The notes under the pieces: generated by a model
Told to the model about the DNA's origin: nothing
The model's input: the letters and a program-made list of their open reading frames with translations, nothing else
The model's database searches: none
In this document: in pieces, positions 10,087-21,166 of the stretch
How positions within the stretch are numbered: the stretch's first letter is position 1
Layout: each line of letters starts with the position of its first letter
Translations under genes and position numbers: made by a program
From: an uncultured virus (IMG/VR IMGVR_UViG_2684623151_000005)
Lineage: Duplodnaviria > Heunggongvirae > Uroviricota > Caudoviricetes
DNA length: 64,000 nucleotides
IMG/VR virus record: IMGVR_UViG_2684623151_000005
Strand: one strand, 5' to 3'

Positions 10087-10425
10087 CTAATAATTGGTCT
10101 TTATAACATTATTTAAAAGCCCAATCTCCTTTTCTTTTTGAACAAACAAAGAAGCATTCAAGTTTGCACTATTACCATTAGGGCAATCTAACCCTTCAAC
10201 CACCCCAAATATTCTACACAATACAGGTCTTACAGCATATATAGTACATTTACCATTCATTCTAAACTTACATTCAAGAATATTATTGTGCTTATTATAA
10301 AGAGGTTTATGTTTTTGAACATACTTTTCTATAATTGCTTTCTCTGCTTTATTTATTGGCACAGGACCACAACATCCTCCACAATTTTTACAATTTTTAT
10401 GTTGAGGTATATTTAAAAAATTCAT
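10087..10425 (-). CDS. YkgJ-family Cys-cluster (Fe-S/Zn) protein
   Basis: CKNCGGCC, CKF...KCTIYAVRPVLCR. Confidence 0.85.
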   Translation of the reverse strand: MNFLNIPQHKNCKNCGGCCGPVPINKAEKAIIEKYVQKHKPLYNKHNNILECKFRMNGKCTIYAVRPVLCRIFGVVEGLDCPNGNSANLNASLFVQKEKEIGLLNNVIKTNY

Positions 10426-10519
10426 TTAATCTCCACCTTCTTTAATTGACTTTTGTCAAAAGTAATTGTAAGATATACATTACTTTCTGTCAATATCTTA
10501 TTTGATATTTATAATCCCA

Positions 10520-10765
10520 TTAAATATGATACTTTGCTTTATATTCCTCAAAATAATTAACATAAGTATCATACAATATTCTATATTTAGGAAAATACTT
10601 CAAACATTCTTCCATTTCCTTTAAATTAGACTCCCAAAATCTTAAATCATATTGATTGCAGTTGTTACTCTGAAAATCCTCTTTTAATTTTTCTAACATA
10701 TTTATATTAATATGTAACTGAACTTTATATTTTTTCTTAATCAATAACTTTCTAACAATATTCAT
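10520..10765 (-). CDS. Hypothetical protein
   Basis: 81 aa with AAGGAGG RBS. Confidence 0.6.
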   Translation of the reverse strand: MNIVRKLLIKKKYKVQLHININMLEKLKEDFQSNNCNQYDLRFWESNLKEMEECLKYFPKYRILYDTYVNYFEEYKAKYHI

Positions 10766-10874
10766 ACAGCTCCTCCTTAAAAAATAAAAAATACCTATTT
10801 CTATCTTTTTTTTATTATATAGAAATAGATATTTTTTTATAATCTAAAGCTCAAGTATTAATTTTTTATAATAT

Positions 10875-11795
10875 TTATTTTATCAAGTTAAATGTTATAT
10901 CTTTTTCTTGATTAAAATATTTAGACTTATTAGAACTCAATTTTTCAGGCATATTAACTTTAACTTTACCTTCAAATGCACCATAGAAAGCTTCTGAACC
11001 TATTGTTTCTACTGTATTAGGTATAGTCACTTCATCCTTTATTTTTGAAAAAGCAAATGCTTGTTCGCCTATATATTTTAAATGCTTAGGTAACTTTAAA
11101 GATTCTATAGGAGTTTTAGTGTACGCAGTTGCGTAATATTTACCAGTTCCTATAATTTCTACATTCAACCCATCAATACAACTTGGTACAATTAAATTTT
11201 TTGAAGCTATTTTAAATGCTCCATCATCTTCATCTGAATTTCCAGAATAAATGATTTTTTTATACTGTTCTGCCATATCCATATCTTCTTTACTCATAGT
11301 AAACTTTTTATTATTAGTATTTACACCTTGAACAACAGTTCCATCTGATTCTCCATAATAAGATATAATAGCTATAGATTTCTTAGAACCATCATTAACT
11401 ACAAAATAATCTCTATTTTTAATATATTTTGTTCCATCAGGACCAATAAAATATGTTTGAGTTATTTGCTTATCACCTAATGTTGCTTTTTCAGTCTTAC
11501 TTAAAACACATACATCATCTACATCATCAGGTTTAGATGTACTTTCATGAACAGGTTTAGTTAAATCTTTACTATCAGGAGTTATACCACCCTTATTATC
11601 AAATGAATTATCATCCATAGTTTTACTTGCATTAATCATATTATTGTTATTTGTAGTCGCAACATCTTTACCTTTCCATACTAACTTTGAAACAAGAAAT
11701 GCCCCTGTCGCAATTACAAGTCCTGCTACTATTAAAGTTTCTATACTAACATAGCCTTTACTATGTAATAAATTTTCTATTTTATATTTTTTCAT
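10875..11795 (-). CDS. Prepilin-like N-terminus plus BspA-type leucine-rich repeat adhesin
   Basis: KG|YVSIE then hydrophobic helix; C-terminal LPKHLKYIGEQAF and IPNTVETIGSEAF repeats. Confidence 0.75.
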   Translation of the reverse strand: MKKYKIENLLHSKGYVSIETLIVAGLVIATGAFLVSKLVWKGKDVATTNNNNMINASKTMDDNSFDNKGGITPDSKDLTKPVHESTSKPDDVDDVCVLSKTEKATLGDKQITQTYFIGPDGTKYIKNRDYFVVNDGSKKSIAIISYYGESDGTVVQGVNTNNKKFTMSKEDMDMAEQYKKIIYSGNSDEDDGAFKIASKNLIVPSCIDGLNVEIIGTGKYYATAYTKTPIESLKLPKHLKYIGEQAFAFSKIKDEVTIPNTVETIGSEAFYGAFEGKVKVNMPEKLSSNKSKYFNQEKDITFNLIK

Positions 11796-11947
11796 ATGTT
11801 TTCCTCTCTCTACAATTTTATTTATAAATTATTATAGATTTCTTTTTTTAAAGTTATAATACTTTGTTACTCAAAAGTTATAAAACCAACTTTAAAAAAT
11901 ATAGAAGGAAGGTTCTACTATAAATTAAATAGAAGAACCTCTCTATA

Positions 11948-14355
11948 TTATGAAACATATTTAACTATTACATTTCTTTCATTAACAATATATTGGAGCT
12001 TTTGCAGTAATTTATATGAATGAGCTACTGATTTATCTGAAACTTTATACTCTACCCCATTGTTTACAAAAAATATTTCAGTATCGCCCTTCTCAATTTC
12101 GTTAGAATTAATCAATTCTCTAATTGCTTTAAATTGTTCTCTCGATTTATTTAAATATTTGCTTCCAGTTACTATTATTTTACTTGGTGTATTACTTAAA
12201 GCTATTGTTTTTATATCAACTACAGATTGAACTTGAATTTGCAATCCATAATCATTTGAATCAACTTTCCCCTTAAGAAGAACTATAGCACCATCATAAA
12301 TCATATTTTGATATTTAGAATACTGCTTTGGAAATGCAACTACTGATACTTCTCCTGTTCTATCCTCAATCTTAAAAAGACTCATAAGGTCATTATTCTT
12401 AGTTACTTTTCTTCTTTCTTCTTTTATAATTCCTGCAATTGTAATATATTCACCTATCATAGAACCTTTATCATCTAAGCGAATAATATTGTTTCCTTCC
12501 TCGTCAAATTCTTCATCATCTGCATTATCTAACAAATATCCACATTCTATTATGTTTTTATCCTTAAAATATTTATCATATTTATCAAGTGGATGACCTG
12601 TTATATAATAACCTGAATACTCTTTTTCTTTCTTTAACTTATATTGAGAATCAAATTCTTCAATATCAGGAACATTTATATCTTTAATTTCAAGAATATT
12701 TTCTCTTACATTTTCATCTTCAATATTATTAGCTAAATCAAATAATGATAATTGGTTAGCGTGTTTCTTTTCACTTGAAGCAAGTTTTGTAAACAAAGGA
12801 ATTGCTAAAAGCTTAGACCTTCTTGTTTTTTCAAATCCATCTACTGCCCCTGAATAAACTAATGCCTCCATTACTTTTTTATTAACACAATAATTAACAG
12901 CCATTCTCTCGACAAAATCTTGGAATGAATTAAAATTTCCTCTATACTTCTTTTCTTCCATAATAGAATCTGATATTTTACCCATATCTCTTATACCTTT
13001 AAGTCCAAATCTTATACTATCTCCATCTACTGAAAATAATCTATCAGAAAGATTAACATCAGGCTGTAATATATCTATTTTTAATTTCTTGCATATAGAT
13101 AAATAAAGAGTTATCTTTTCACTTGCACTTCCTTTACCTAATAAGTATGAATTTAACGTTGCAGTAAAATACTCTACTGGATAATAGTAAGCAAACCAAG
13201 CTGTTCTTATAGCTATATCAGCGTAGCCAGTAGCATGTGATTTATTAAATGCATATCGACCAAACTTCCTCATTTTTTCCCATATTTGTGTAGCTAACTC
13301 TTCTGATATACCTCTTCTTAAACAACCTTCTGTAATGATATTCCCTTCACTATCCACTTCCCCATACAAGAATTTTTTACCTAAAGGGTCAATCATTTCA
13401 TCTTTCTTTTTTGCAAACGCTTTACGAACATTATCTGCATCGCCTTTACTAAACCCTGCTAATTCTCGAACTATAAACATACATTGTTCTTGATAAACAA
13501 TTACATTATATGTATTGCTTAATATAGATTTAAGTTGTGGCATATCATAAACAATGTCATTCGGATTAAGCATATTCTTTATATAGTTAGGTATTTCATC
13601 AATTGGCCCTGGTCTATATAAAGAGATTCCTGCTATAAGTCTTTCAAATAATTCATCACCATTACTATTTTTATTTACATCTTGAAACAACTGTTCCATA
13701 AAGCTTGTCATACCAGGACTTTCTAACTGAAATACCCCAAATGTATTTCCTTGTGAAATATATTTATATACATTAACATCATTTATAGGAACATCACTTA
13801 AAGTTAATGGTTTCTTTCCCTCTTTAATCCTTTTTTCGTTTATATATTTAATAGTTAATGAGAATACACCCATAGTTCTTAACCCTAAAAAATCCATTTT
13901 AAGAACGCCCATCTCTTCGCATTCTGCCATGTTATATTGAGTTACTGCTTCTGATACTCCAGTATTTTGGTCTTTCATAATAACCTGTGGTATATAATCA
14001 TTTACTGAACTTCTTGCAATAAGCACTCCACATGCATGTTCTGACATATTTTTAGGCAATCCTTCTAATCTCTTAGCTATATTTATAAGATTTTTTACAG
14101 TTTCATCAGATTCATATAAATCTCTTAACTCAACATTTTGTTCTAAGGCTTTATTTAAAGTCATTTTAGGCTCTACAGGTACTAACTTAGCTATTTTATC
14201 CACTAAAGTTAATGGTAAATCTAATACTCTTCCAACATCCCTTAATACCATTTTTGATGCTAAAGTACCAAAAGTAATTATTCTTGAAACACACTCTTCA
14301 CCGTATTTTTCTTTAACATAATTTATTACTTCTTCTCTTCTACTATCTTCAAAAT
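11948..14355 (-). CDS. dnaE: DNA polymerase III alpha subunit, exon 2
   Basis: FEDSRREEVI, HACGV, KMDFLGLRT, GVFQLES, YQEQ, AFNKSH, C-terminal OB fold; joined to exon 1 it restores PDIDVDF (1264 aa total). Confidence 0.95.
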
Positions 14356-15092
14356 ATAGTGATAGGTAAGTTTTTGATATTATCTCCAACTTTTCCCCCA
14401 CTCCACACCGTACATGAGACTTTCACCTCATACGGCGTTCCCTCGTTTGAAATTTACTCAAACGACTTGAGCCTATCCCTCCACTACTTATTATCATAGC
14501 TTCATAGGTACTGTGGCTCTACTCTCACCTTGATTAATTAAGGTTATAGAAGATATATTTATCTTTCCTTTCCCTTAAAACATTTCATAGATAGCTATAT
14601 CTCAATGTTCAAGGCTTTCCACGTTCCAATACTCCTATCTGTACCGTATATCCGTAGGTGCTACCTAAATACCGTCATCAACCCAATCTCCTGTAAAGAT
14701 TGTAGGATTTTCTTAACCGAGCCTTTACTCATCCTTCTGATGATAAACCAAATTTGGTTCTCTTAGCATTTCTACTAAGCGACATTTACGATAAGTCATT
14801 CAGTAGTTCGTCTCCATTACACACTTTGGATACTCACCATAGTTATACTTCATAGACATCAGGCATATCAGTTACGACTATTTAAGCCTTTCCTCAACAT
14901 TATTTGTTAGGGTAACTTTTCTGCCTACTTTAACGGGCTTTACACAATTTCATAATAGCTTAATCAACTGCATACCGTAGCTTTAATGGCAATTCTTCGG
15001 AGCGTTACTTCCTCATTTAATTGCTCGGAGTATTAGTTCTCCTAAGTTTTACAACTTAGTGTGTAGTCTTTTCAACCACAAACGTGTCGCAC
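14356..15092 (-). mobile_element. ORF-less group II intron (bacterial class B-like), 737 nt
   Basis: 5' GTGCGACACG; domain V GAACGCCGTATGAGGTGAAAGTCTCATGTACGGTGT; 3' end ACCTATCACTAT; domain IV reduced to a short hairpin; precise removal restores the dnaE frame and motif. Confidence 0.95.
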
Positions 15093-16479
15093 CAACATCT
15101 ATATCTGGCATCGAAACTCTTGAAGGATTTAAAAAACGTTCAAACAGCAAACCATACTTTATAGGTTCAATTTCAGTTATTCTTAAACAATAAGCAACAA
15201 GAGAACCACATGCTGAACCACGCCCTGGACCTACCAATATTCCTCTACTTTTGGCAAAATTAATAAAATCCCAAACTATAAGGAAATATCCTGGGAAACC
15301 CATATTATTTATAGTTTCAATTTCAAAATTAAGTCTTTCTCTATATTCTTCGCTATTATACTTATCAGTACCTTCAAATCTAAATTTAAACCCTTCCCAA
15401 CATAAATGGACAAAATACTCTGTTTCATCTTTAAACCCTTCAGGAACAGGAAATTTAGGCATATATGTTTTACCAATATCAAATTCAAATTCAACTTTAT
15501 CTTCAATTTCTAAAGTATTAATTAAATACTCTAAGTTATCACCCCAAAGCTCGAACATATCACTTGAAGAATGTAGATGATACCCACTACCATCAAATTT
15601 ATAATGCTTTTCATTAATAGTTTTTCCAGTTTGCATACATAATAATATCTCATGTATATAATCATCGTCTTTTTCAGTATAATGACTATCAGTTGTAGCA
15701 ACTATCTTAATATTATGTTTATTAGCCAATTTAATTAGATTTTCATTGACATTTTCTTCTATTTTAATCCCATGCTTTTGAACTTCAACATATAAATCAT
15801 CATCAAACATTGATTTTAATTTTAATAGTACTTCTTCTGCCCTATCAATATTATCATTTCTTATAGCCTTTGGTATTTCTCCACCAAGACAAGCTGTTAA
15901 ACAAATAAGCCCTTCACAATGTTTTTCTAAATCATCATACCTAACATGAGGTTTATAATAAAAGTTATTCCATGATAAAGAAGATAATTTTAATAAATTA
16001 TGAAACCCTTTATCATTCTTAGCAAGAAGAACTAAATGGTTTGAAGTTAACTTGCCATCTATTGTTTCAGTATAAACTTCAACCCCAACAATCCCCTTCT
16101 TACCTGCATTTCTCATTTTCTTCCAATATTCAAGAGTACCAAACATATTGGCGTGGTCTGTCAAAGCCCCTGAATATTCTGTTTTTTCTACTATGCTTTT
16201 TATAGTGTTAGCACCATCAAGTAAGGAATACCCACTATGTCTATGTAAGTCAGAAAATATGATAATACTTACTGTAAATTCATCTATAATCTTAACTTTA
16301 TACTTATTTCTTAAATCAAATAAATTTCTATATGAAAAGTCAATTTTAAAACTATCTAAAATTAAATCATTATGTTTAAGTAATAAAACCTCTCCTTCTT
16401 TTACAAGGTCTAATACTCCCCCTATATTTAATTTTAAAAGCTCTAAATCTAAAGGATTATTTAAAAGTATCTTTTTCAT
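15093..16479 (-). CDS. dnaE: DNA polymerase III alpha subunit, exon 1 (PHP domain and start of palm)
   Basis: [62 protein letters not shown] before ATG 16479. Confidence 0.95.
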
Positions 16480-16530
16480 TTTTTCTCCTTTCAATTTAAA
16501 GTAATTTCGATATCATTATATTATTCTACT

Positions 16531-16544
16531 TTGACATTAGTCAA
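16531..16544. promoter_or_regulatory. TTGAC-N4-GTCAA palindrome at the -35 of the dnaE promoter
   Basis: TTGACATTAGTCAA; minus-strand TATAAT at 16515-16520 (18-bp spacer). Confidence 0.75.
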
Positions 16545-16640
16545 ATAATAATGATTGCATAATTTTAGATATTTTCTGACAATTCAAAATTTTCATATAT
16601 AAGTTTACTTAATAAACCTATATATCAACTTTTACCGTAA

Positions 16641-16669
16641 TTGACAATAGTCAAATAAAAATATATAAT
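16641..16669 (+). promoter_or_regulatory. Sigma-A promoter overlapped by the palindromic motif
   Basis: TTGACAATAGTCAA; TTGACA-17-TATAAT. Confidence 0.8.
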
Positions 16670-16980
16670 TCTTTTATAAGTTTTACCAGTAATTTTTAAT
16701 ATAAAATATAGTAAAAGCATTGATACTTCTTTATTAGAAGATTACTTGCAACATTTATAATATTAAGTTTATGATGATTGGTAAAATTCAATACAAATGT
16801 AGAATTATTCTAACTTGTAAAATTTTTTGTTTTTTAAGAATGGCTTATTTCCAAGCATTTAACTTTAACAAGTGTTGTATCAACTATGAGAAATAGTAAT
16901 TATATATCTATATAGTTGCTATTTTTTTATTAAAAAAAACTACTAAAAATATAAAAAATAAATTATAAAGGGGACTACAT

Positions 16981-18210
16981 ATGAAAAAAAATAAAATAAG
17001 AAAAATATTAAGTAGAAAGAGTAAAACTTTAATAGTAGCAGGTCTTGTAATTGCTTCAGGTACTTTCCTAATATCTAAATTAGCATGGAAAGGTAAAAAC
17101 ATCACTAATTCAAATAATAACAAAGTTACTACTGTAGGTAAAAAAATAGATAAATCTTTAGATGAATTGCAGACAACAAAAAACAAAGAAGTTTCATGTA
17201 GTATAGAAAATCCATCTGATTTAGCTGATTATGAATATGCTGTTATAAACGATGAGCTTATTGAAAAGCAAATAAAAGATAGACAAAATAGCATTGACCC
17301 CGATGGTTGTACTGACCTTCGTGGTAGATACAATAATGAACCTTCCTGTGGTTCATGGAAAGATGACTTCAGAAAAAGAATGACCTCATTAAAAGGACAA
17401 ATAGTTATTACTGGTTATAATGGGAATAAAGATAATATATCTATACCTTCTTGTATTAATGATAAAAAAGTCGTTGCCATAGGAGTCGGTGCATTAACCT
17501 ATAAATCATTAAAAAAAGTGAATATACCTAATAGTGTTATTTATCTATGTACTCACTCAATGCCACAACTTATTGAATCAGTCGAAATACCTGATAGCGT
17601 TAAATTTATAGATGATTGGTGCTTCTTTTCGGCAAAATTAACATCAATAACAATACCTAAGACTGTTGAAGAGGTTGGATATTATGCTTTTAACAGCTCC
17701 CAATTACAATCAGTTACTATAGAGAGTGCTTCTACTAAAATTGATTCAGGTGCATTCTCAAATAGTCCAGTTTCAACAATAAATTTACCTAATGGCATTA
17801 AAAAGATACCTAATTGGGCATTCTATCATAGCATGTTAACAGAAATAAAGCTTCCTGAAAGTGTTACTGAAATTGGAGTTGGTGCATTTCAATCTTGCGA
17901 TGAAATTGAATCATTAGAACTACCTAACAATCTTGTTAAAATTGGCGATTTAGCATTTAGTTCTACCAGTTTAAAGTCAGTAAAAATACCTGATAGTGTT
18001 ATAGAAATAGGGAAAAGTGCCTTTTGTAATTGCAAATTAACATCAGTTTCTATAGGAAAAAATGTTTCCAAAATCGGGGATGGTGCATTTGATGGCAATA
18101 AATTGACATCAGTAACCATGCCTAAAAGATTTGATACTGAAAAAGAGAAATATTTTAGTGATTATTCTTCTAATAATCAAGTCTCAAATATAAAATTCAA
18201 TTTGATATAA
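16981..18210 (+). CDS. BspA-type LRR surface protein, paralog of 10875-11795, lacking the prepilin cleavage motif
   Basis: TLIVAGLVIASGTFLISKLAWKGK N-terminus; multiple IPxSVxxIGxxAF repeats. Confidence 0.85.
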   Translation: MKKNKIRKILSRKSKTLIVAGLVIASGTFLISKLAWKGKNITNSNNNKVTTVGKKIDKSLDELQTTKNKEVSCSIENPSDLADYEYAVINDELIEKQIKDRQNSIDPDGCTDLRGRYNNEPSCGSWKDDFRKRMTSLKGQIVITGYNGNKDNISIPSCINDKKVVAIGVGALTYKSLKKVNIPNSVIYLCTHSMPQLIESVEIPDSVKFIDDWCFFSAKLTSITIPKTVEEVGYYAFNSSQLQSVTIESASTKIDSGAFSNSPVSTINLPNGIKKIPNWAFYHSMLTEIKLPESVTEIGVGAFQSCDEIESLELPNNLVKIGDLAFSSTSLKSVKIPDSVIEIGKSAFCNCKLTSVSIGKNVSKIGDGAFDGNKLTSVTMPKRFDTEKEKYFSDYSSNNQVSNIKFNLI

Positions 18211-18273
18211 AAAAAAGAACTCTAACTTTATTAGTTGGAGTTCTTTTTTATAAATTTAGATATCTATAATTTT

Positions 18274-20523
18274 TTACTTAAAAACTGTTCTTTTAAATAA
18301 TTTCATGAGATTATAAGATATATCTTCTATCTCTGAATTTATTATATTTTGTCCATACATATATTTGTAAACTTCCAAATTTCTTTCTCTTTCTGATTTT
18401 AGCCCAAAAAACACAGAAAAGACATTTATTCCACTCTTCCTTGCTTCTTTTACTGCCTCTTTAACATCTTCAACTGGTCTACCTGTAATTGTCGATACAC
18501 TTGGTAGACCATCACTCAATACTATAAGAACTTTATTTTTTTCAGGTCTTTTCAACAATTCAGTAGAAGCTACTTTTATTGAAAAACCATCGTTATTACC
18601 ATTGTTAACATTTATAAGCTTATCATTTTCTAATGAATAATTAAATTTCTTTTCATCATCAAAGTCCTTAATAATACTATGATGTACTTCATTATAATAA
18701 GCTCTAAATGACACTATTTTTAAAGGAATTAATCCTTTAACGATTTCTTCTAAAATGGCACAAGCTGTAAAAGCTTCTTTCTTCTTGTTATCTGCTAACA
18801 TACTTCCTGATGAATCAACAAGTATGTAAAATACATAATTATCAATACAAGGTATCTGCTTTCTACAGAATATATCATTTTTATCTATAGAAGTCCTCCA
18901 TAATGAGTTTAAATCTAAAGTCCCTCTTTTTTGAAATTTATAATTAAACTCATTCTTATTTTTTAATAACTTTTCAAGCTCTCTTCTAAAAACTCTAATT
19001 TTTTTAGAGTAATAATTATCTAACTTTAAGTTTGTATTTTTTATATTGTTTTTTTCACAATTAAATATAGCTTTTAATTTTCCTTTTTCATTAATCTTAA
19101 GAATATCTTCCATATTAATGCGATATTGTTCTCTTTCTTTTTCCTCTTCTTTTAACATTTCCTTATCTTTTTTATCAGATTTATCAATATTATCAATTTC
19201 TTTAACAGCTTCCTTCAACGCATCATTTTTAATTAGTTCAAGTAATCTTTCTATTTCTTTTAATGAATTTAAATTACCATTATTAGAAGATTCATCTAAT
19301 GAATTTAAATTACCATTATCAGAAGATTTATCTGATGAATTTGAATTACCATTATTAGAAGATTTATCTGATGAATTTGAATTACCATTATCAGAAGATT
19401 TATCTGATGAATTTGAATTACCATTATCAGAAGATTTATCTGATGAATTTAAATTACCATTATCAGAAGATTTATCTGATGAATTTGAATTACCATTATT
19501 AGAAGATTCATCTAATGAATTTAAATTACCATTATCAGAAGATTTATCTGATGAATTTGAATTACCATTATCAGAAGATTTATCTGATGAATTTGAATTA
19601 CCATTATCAGAAGATTTATCTGATGAATTTGAATTACCATTATCAGAAGATTTATCTGATGAATTTGAATTACTATTATCAGAAGATTCATCTGATGAAG
19701 AAATCTCATCAAAAGGATGAGAACTTTGCGTATATTCTATATCATCATTTTTAGGAGAAGAAGTATTATAATCTTCAAAATTATTTAAATTGTCAAATTC
19801 TTCTTCCTTTAGATATAATTCTTTAATATAAGGTCCTATTACATCCAATAGTTGAGAACATACATCTGCACAAGAAGATGCAGTATTTTGCATTATGCCT
19901 TTTTTTATCAATGGTCTAATTTTATCCATATACTCCATAGTAATTGTTTCAGAATACTCTTCTTTGAACCCTTTAGTGTCCAATCCAATTACAGCTAAAG
20001 AAGTTATATTATAAAGAAAATCCGTAGACTCTTCCTTCTTAATCTTACTAATTTCATAAAATGATAAATTCAAGAAGTTAATAGATTTTTTGATACCTCT
20101 TAACCTGTTAACAACTCTTCTTTCTATTCTACCATCTTCTATGGAATTATAAATATGATGGGCTACTTCCTTTCCAACTGATTGAGGAATTTGATAATTA
20201 ACTTCAAGTCTATAGGATTCTCTTTTTAAAAAATTTGATAATACACTAAAATCACTATCAACAACATGAGATATTTCATGAGCTACTAAAGCTTTTAAAG
20301 CTAAAAGTATCTCTGCTTTTTCTCTTCCTATAAATAATTCAGGTAAGCCAACAGTAACATTTTTACCATCTGTAAAACTATCTCCCCCTATATTTAACTT
20401 AAAATTAATTTTCTTATCCTCACCTAATATAAAGTAGGCTATATTATTTAGCCTTTTAAATATCTTTTCCCTATTGAAATACAAATTTATACTTTCTTTT
20501 GATGTTAGTTTATTACTTTTCAT
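18274..20523 (-). CDS. VWA-domain (CobT/NorD-like) partner of MoxR AAA+, with Ser/Asn/Asp repeat linker
   Basis: N-terminal AHEISH and NSIEDGRIE; C-terminal MIDAS ILVDSSGSM and LSDGLP. Confidence 0.85.
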   Translation of the reverse strand: MKSNKLTSKESINLYFNREKIFKRLNNIAYFILGEDKKINFKLNIGGDSFTDGKNVTVGLPELFIGREKAEILLALKALVAHEISHVVDSDFSVLSNFLKRESYRLEVNYQIPQSVGKEVAHHIYNSIEDGRIERRVVNRLRGIKKSINFLNLSFYEISKIKKEESTDFLYNITSLAVIGLDTKGFKEEYSETITMEYMDKIRPLIKKGIMQNTASSCADVCSQLLDVIGPYIKELYLKEEEFDNLNNFEDYNTSSPKNDDIEYTQSSHPFDEISSSDESSDNSNSNSSDKSSDNGNSNSSDKSSDNGNSNSSDKSSDNGNSNSSDKSSDNGNLNSLDESSNNGNSNSSDKSSDNGNLNSSDKSSDNGNSNSSDKSSDNGNSNSSDKSSNNGNSNSSDKSSDNGNLNSLDESSNNGNLNSLKEIERLLELIKNDALKEAVKEIDNIDKSDKKDKEMLKEEEKEREQYRINMEDILKINEKGKLKAIFNCEKNNIKNTNLKLDNYYSKKIRVFRRELEKLLKNKNEFNYKFQKRGTLDLNSLWRTSIDKNDIFCRKQIPCIDNYVFYILVDSSGSMLADNKKKEAFTACAILEEIVKGLIPLKIVSFRAYYNEVHHSIIKDFDDEKKFNYSLENDKLINVNNGNNDGFSIKVASTELLKRPEKNKVLIVLSDGLPSVSTITGRPVEDVKEAVKEARKSGINVFSVFFGLKSERERNLEVYKYMYGQNIINSEIEDISYNLMKLFKRTVFK
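19262..19698 (-). repeat. Coding tandem repeat, 36-bp unit, ~12 copies (SSDKSSDNGNSN)
   Basis: TCAGAAGATTTATCTGATGAATTTGAATTACCATTA repeated head-to-tail with minor variants. Confidence 0.95.
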
Positions 20524-20789
20524 ACGACTCTTTTCTCCTTCTTAAATAAAAATTTTTTACCTTTATCTTTTTTATTATTATAGAACATTAAATATTAAAA
20601 TATTTCTCTATATCTTAATTTATTAAAATCATTAATTATAAATTTTTTAAAAATAAAAATTTATATATACACATAAAAATTTATATATCCAAATAATAAT
20701 TTATATATATAAATTATTTTTATATTTTTGAAATAATTCAAAATAAAAAATAATAAAGCTAAATATTATATAATATTTAGCTAATTAAA

Positions 20790-21155
20790 TTAAATTTTAT
20801 TCTTTTTTTTAAAATATTCTCTTAAACTTTCTGTTAGATTTATATCAAATGCATTTTTGCAATTTAATATAAATCTAATATCTGTTAAATTAAATACTTC
20901 AAGTTCTGAATCTCTTAAATCAAGATTACGAACTCTATTTAATACACTTGGTTTAAGTCCATTTAAAATTCCTTTATCAGAAGAATAAACAGCTAAACCA
21001 TGTTCATATTTAAATTTATGCATACAGGTTTTATTTATACCTTCACATAAATCATAAGTAATATCCTTAAAATCATTTTCAAACAAAAGGAATCGAGTCT
21101 TAATAACTCGACTTCCTCTTATTTGACTATCTATTAATGCAACAACTATCTTCAT
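20790..21155 (-). CDS. Hypothetical protein
   Basis: 121 aa, AGGAGG RBS, follows the MoxR gene. Confidence 0.65.
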   Translation of the reverse strand: MKIVVALIDSQIRGSRVIKTRFLLFENDFKDITYDLCEGINKTCMHKFKYEHGLAVYSSDKGILNGLKPSVLNRVRNLDLRDSELEVFNLTDIRFILNCKNAFDINLTESLREYFKKKNKI

Positions 21156-21166
21156 TACAGCCTCCT

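Noticed and set aside
11948..16494. dnaE as two genes, a pseudogene or a split intein
   Set aside because: No intein motifs; group II intron boundaries explain both ORF ends exactly
19262..19698. 36-bp repeats of CRISPR-like length
   Set aside because: Head-to-tail with no unique spacers, in frame inside the VWA gene, and no cas genes
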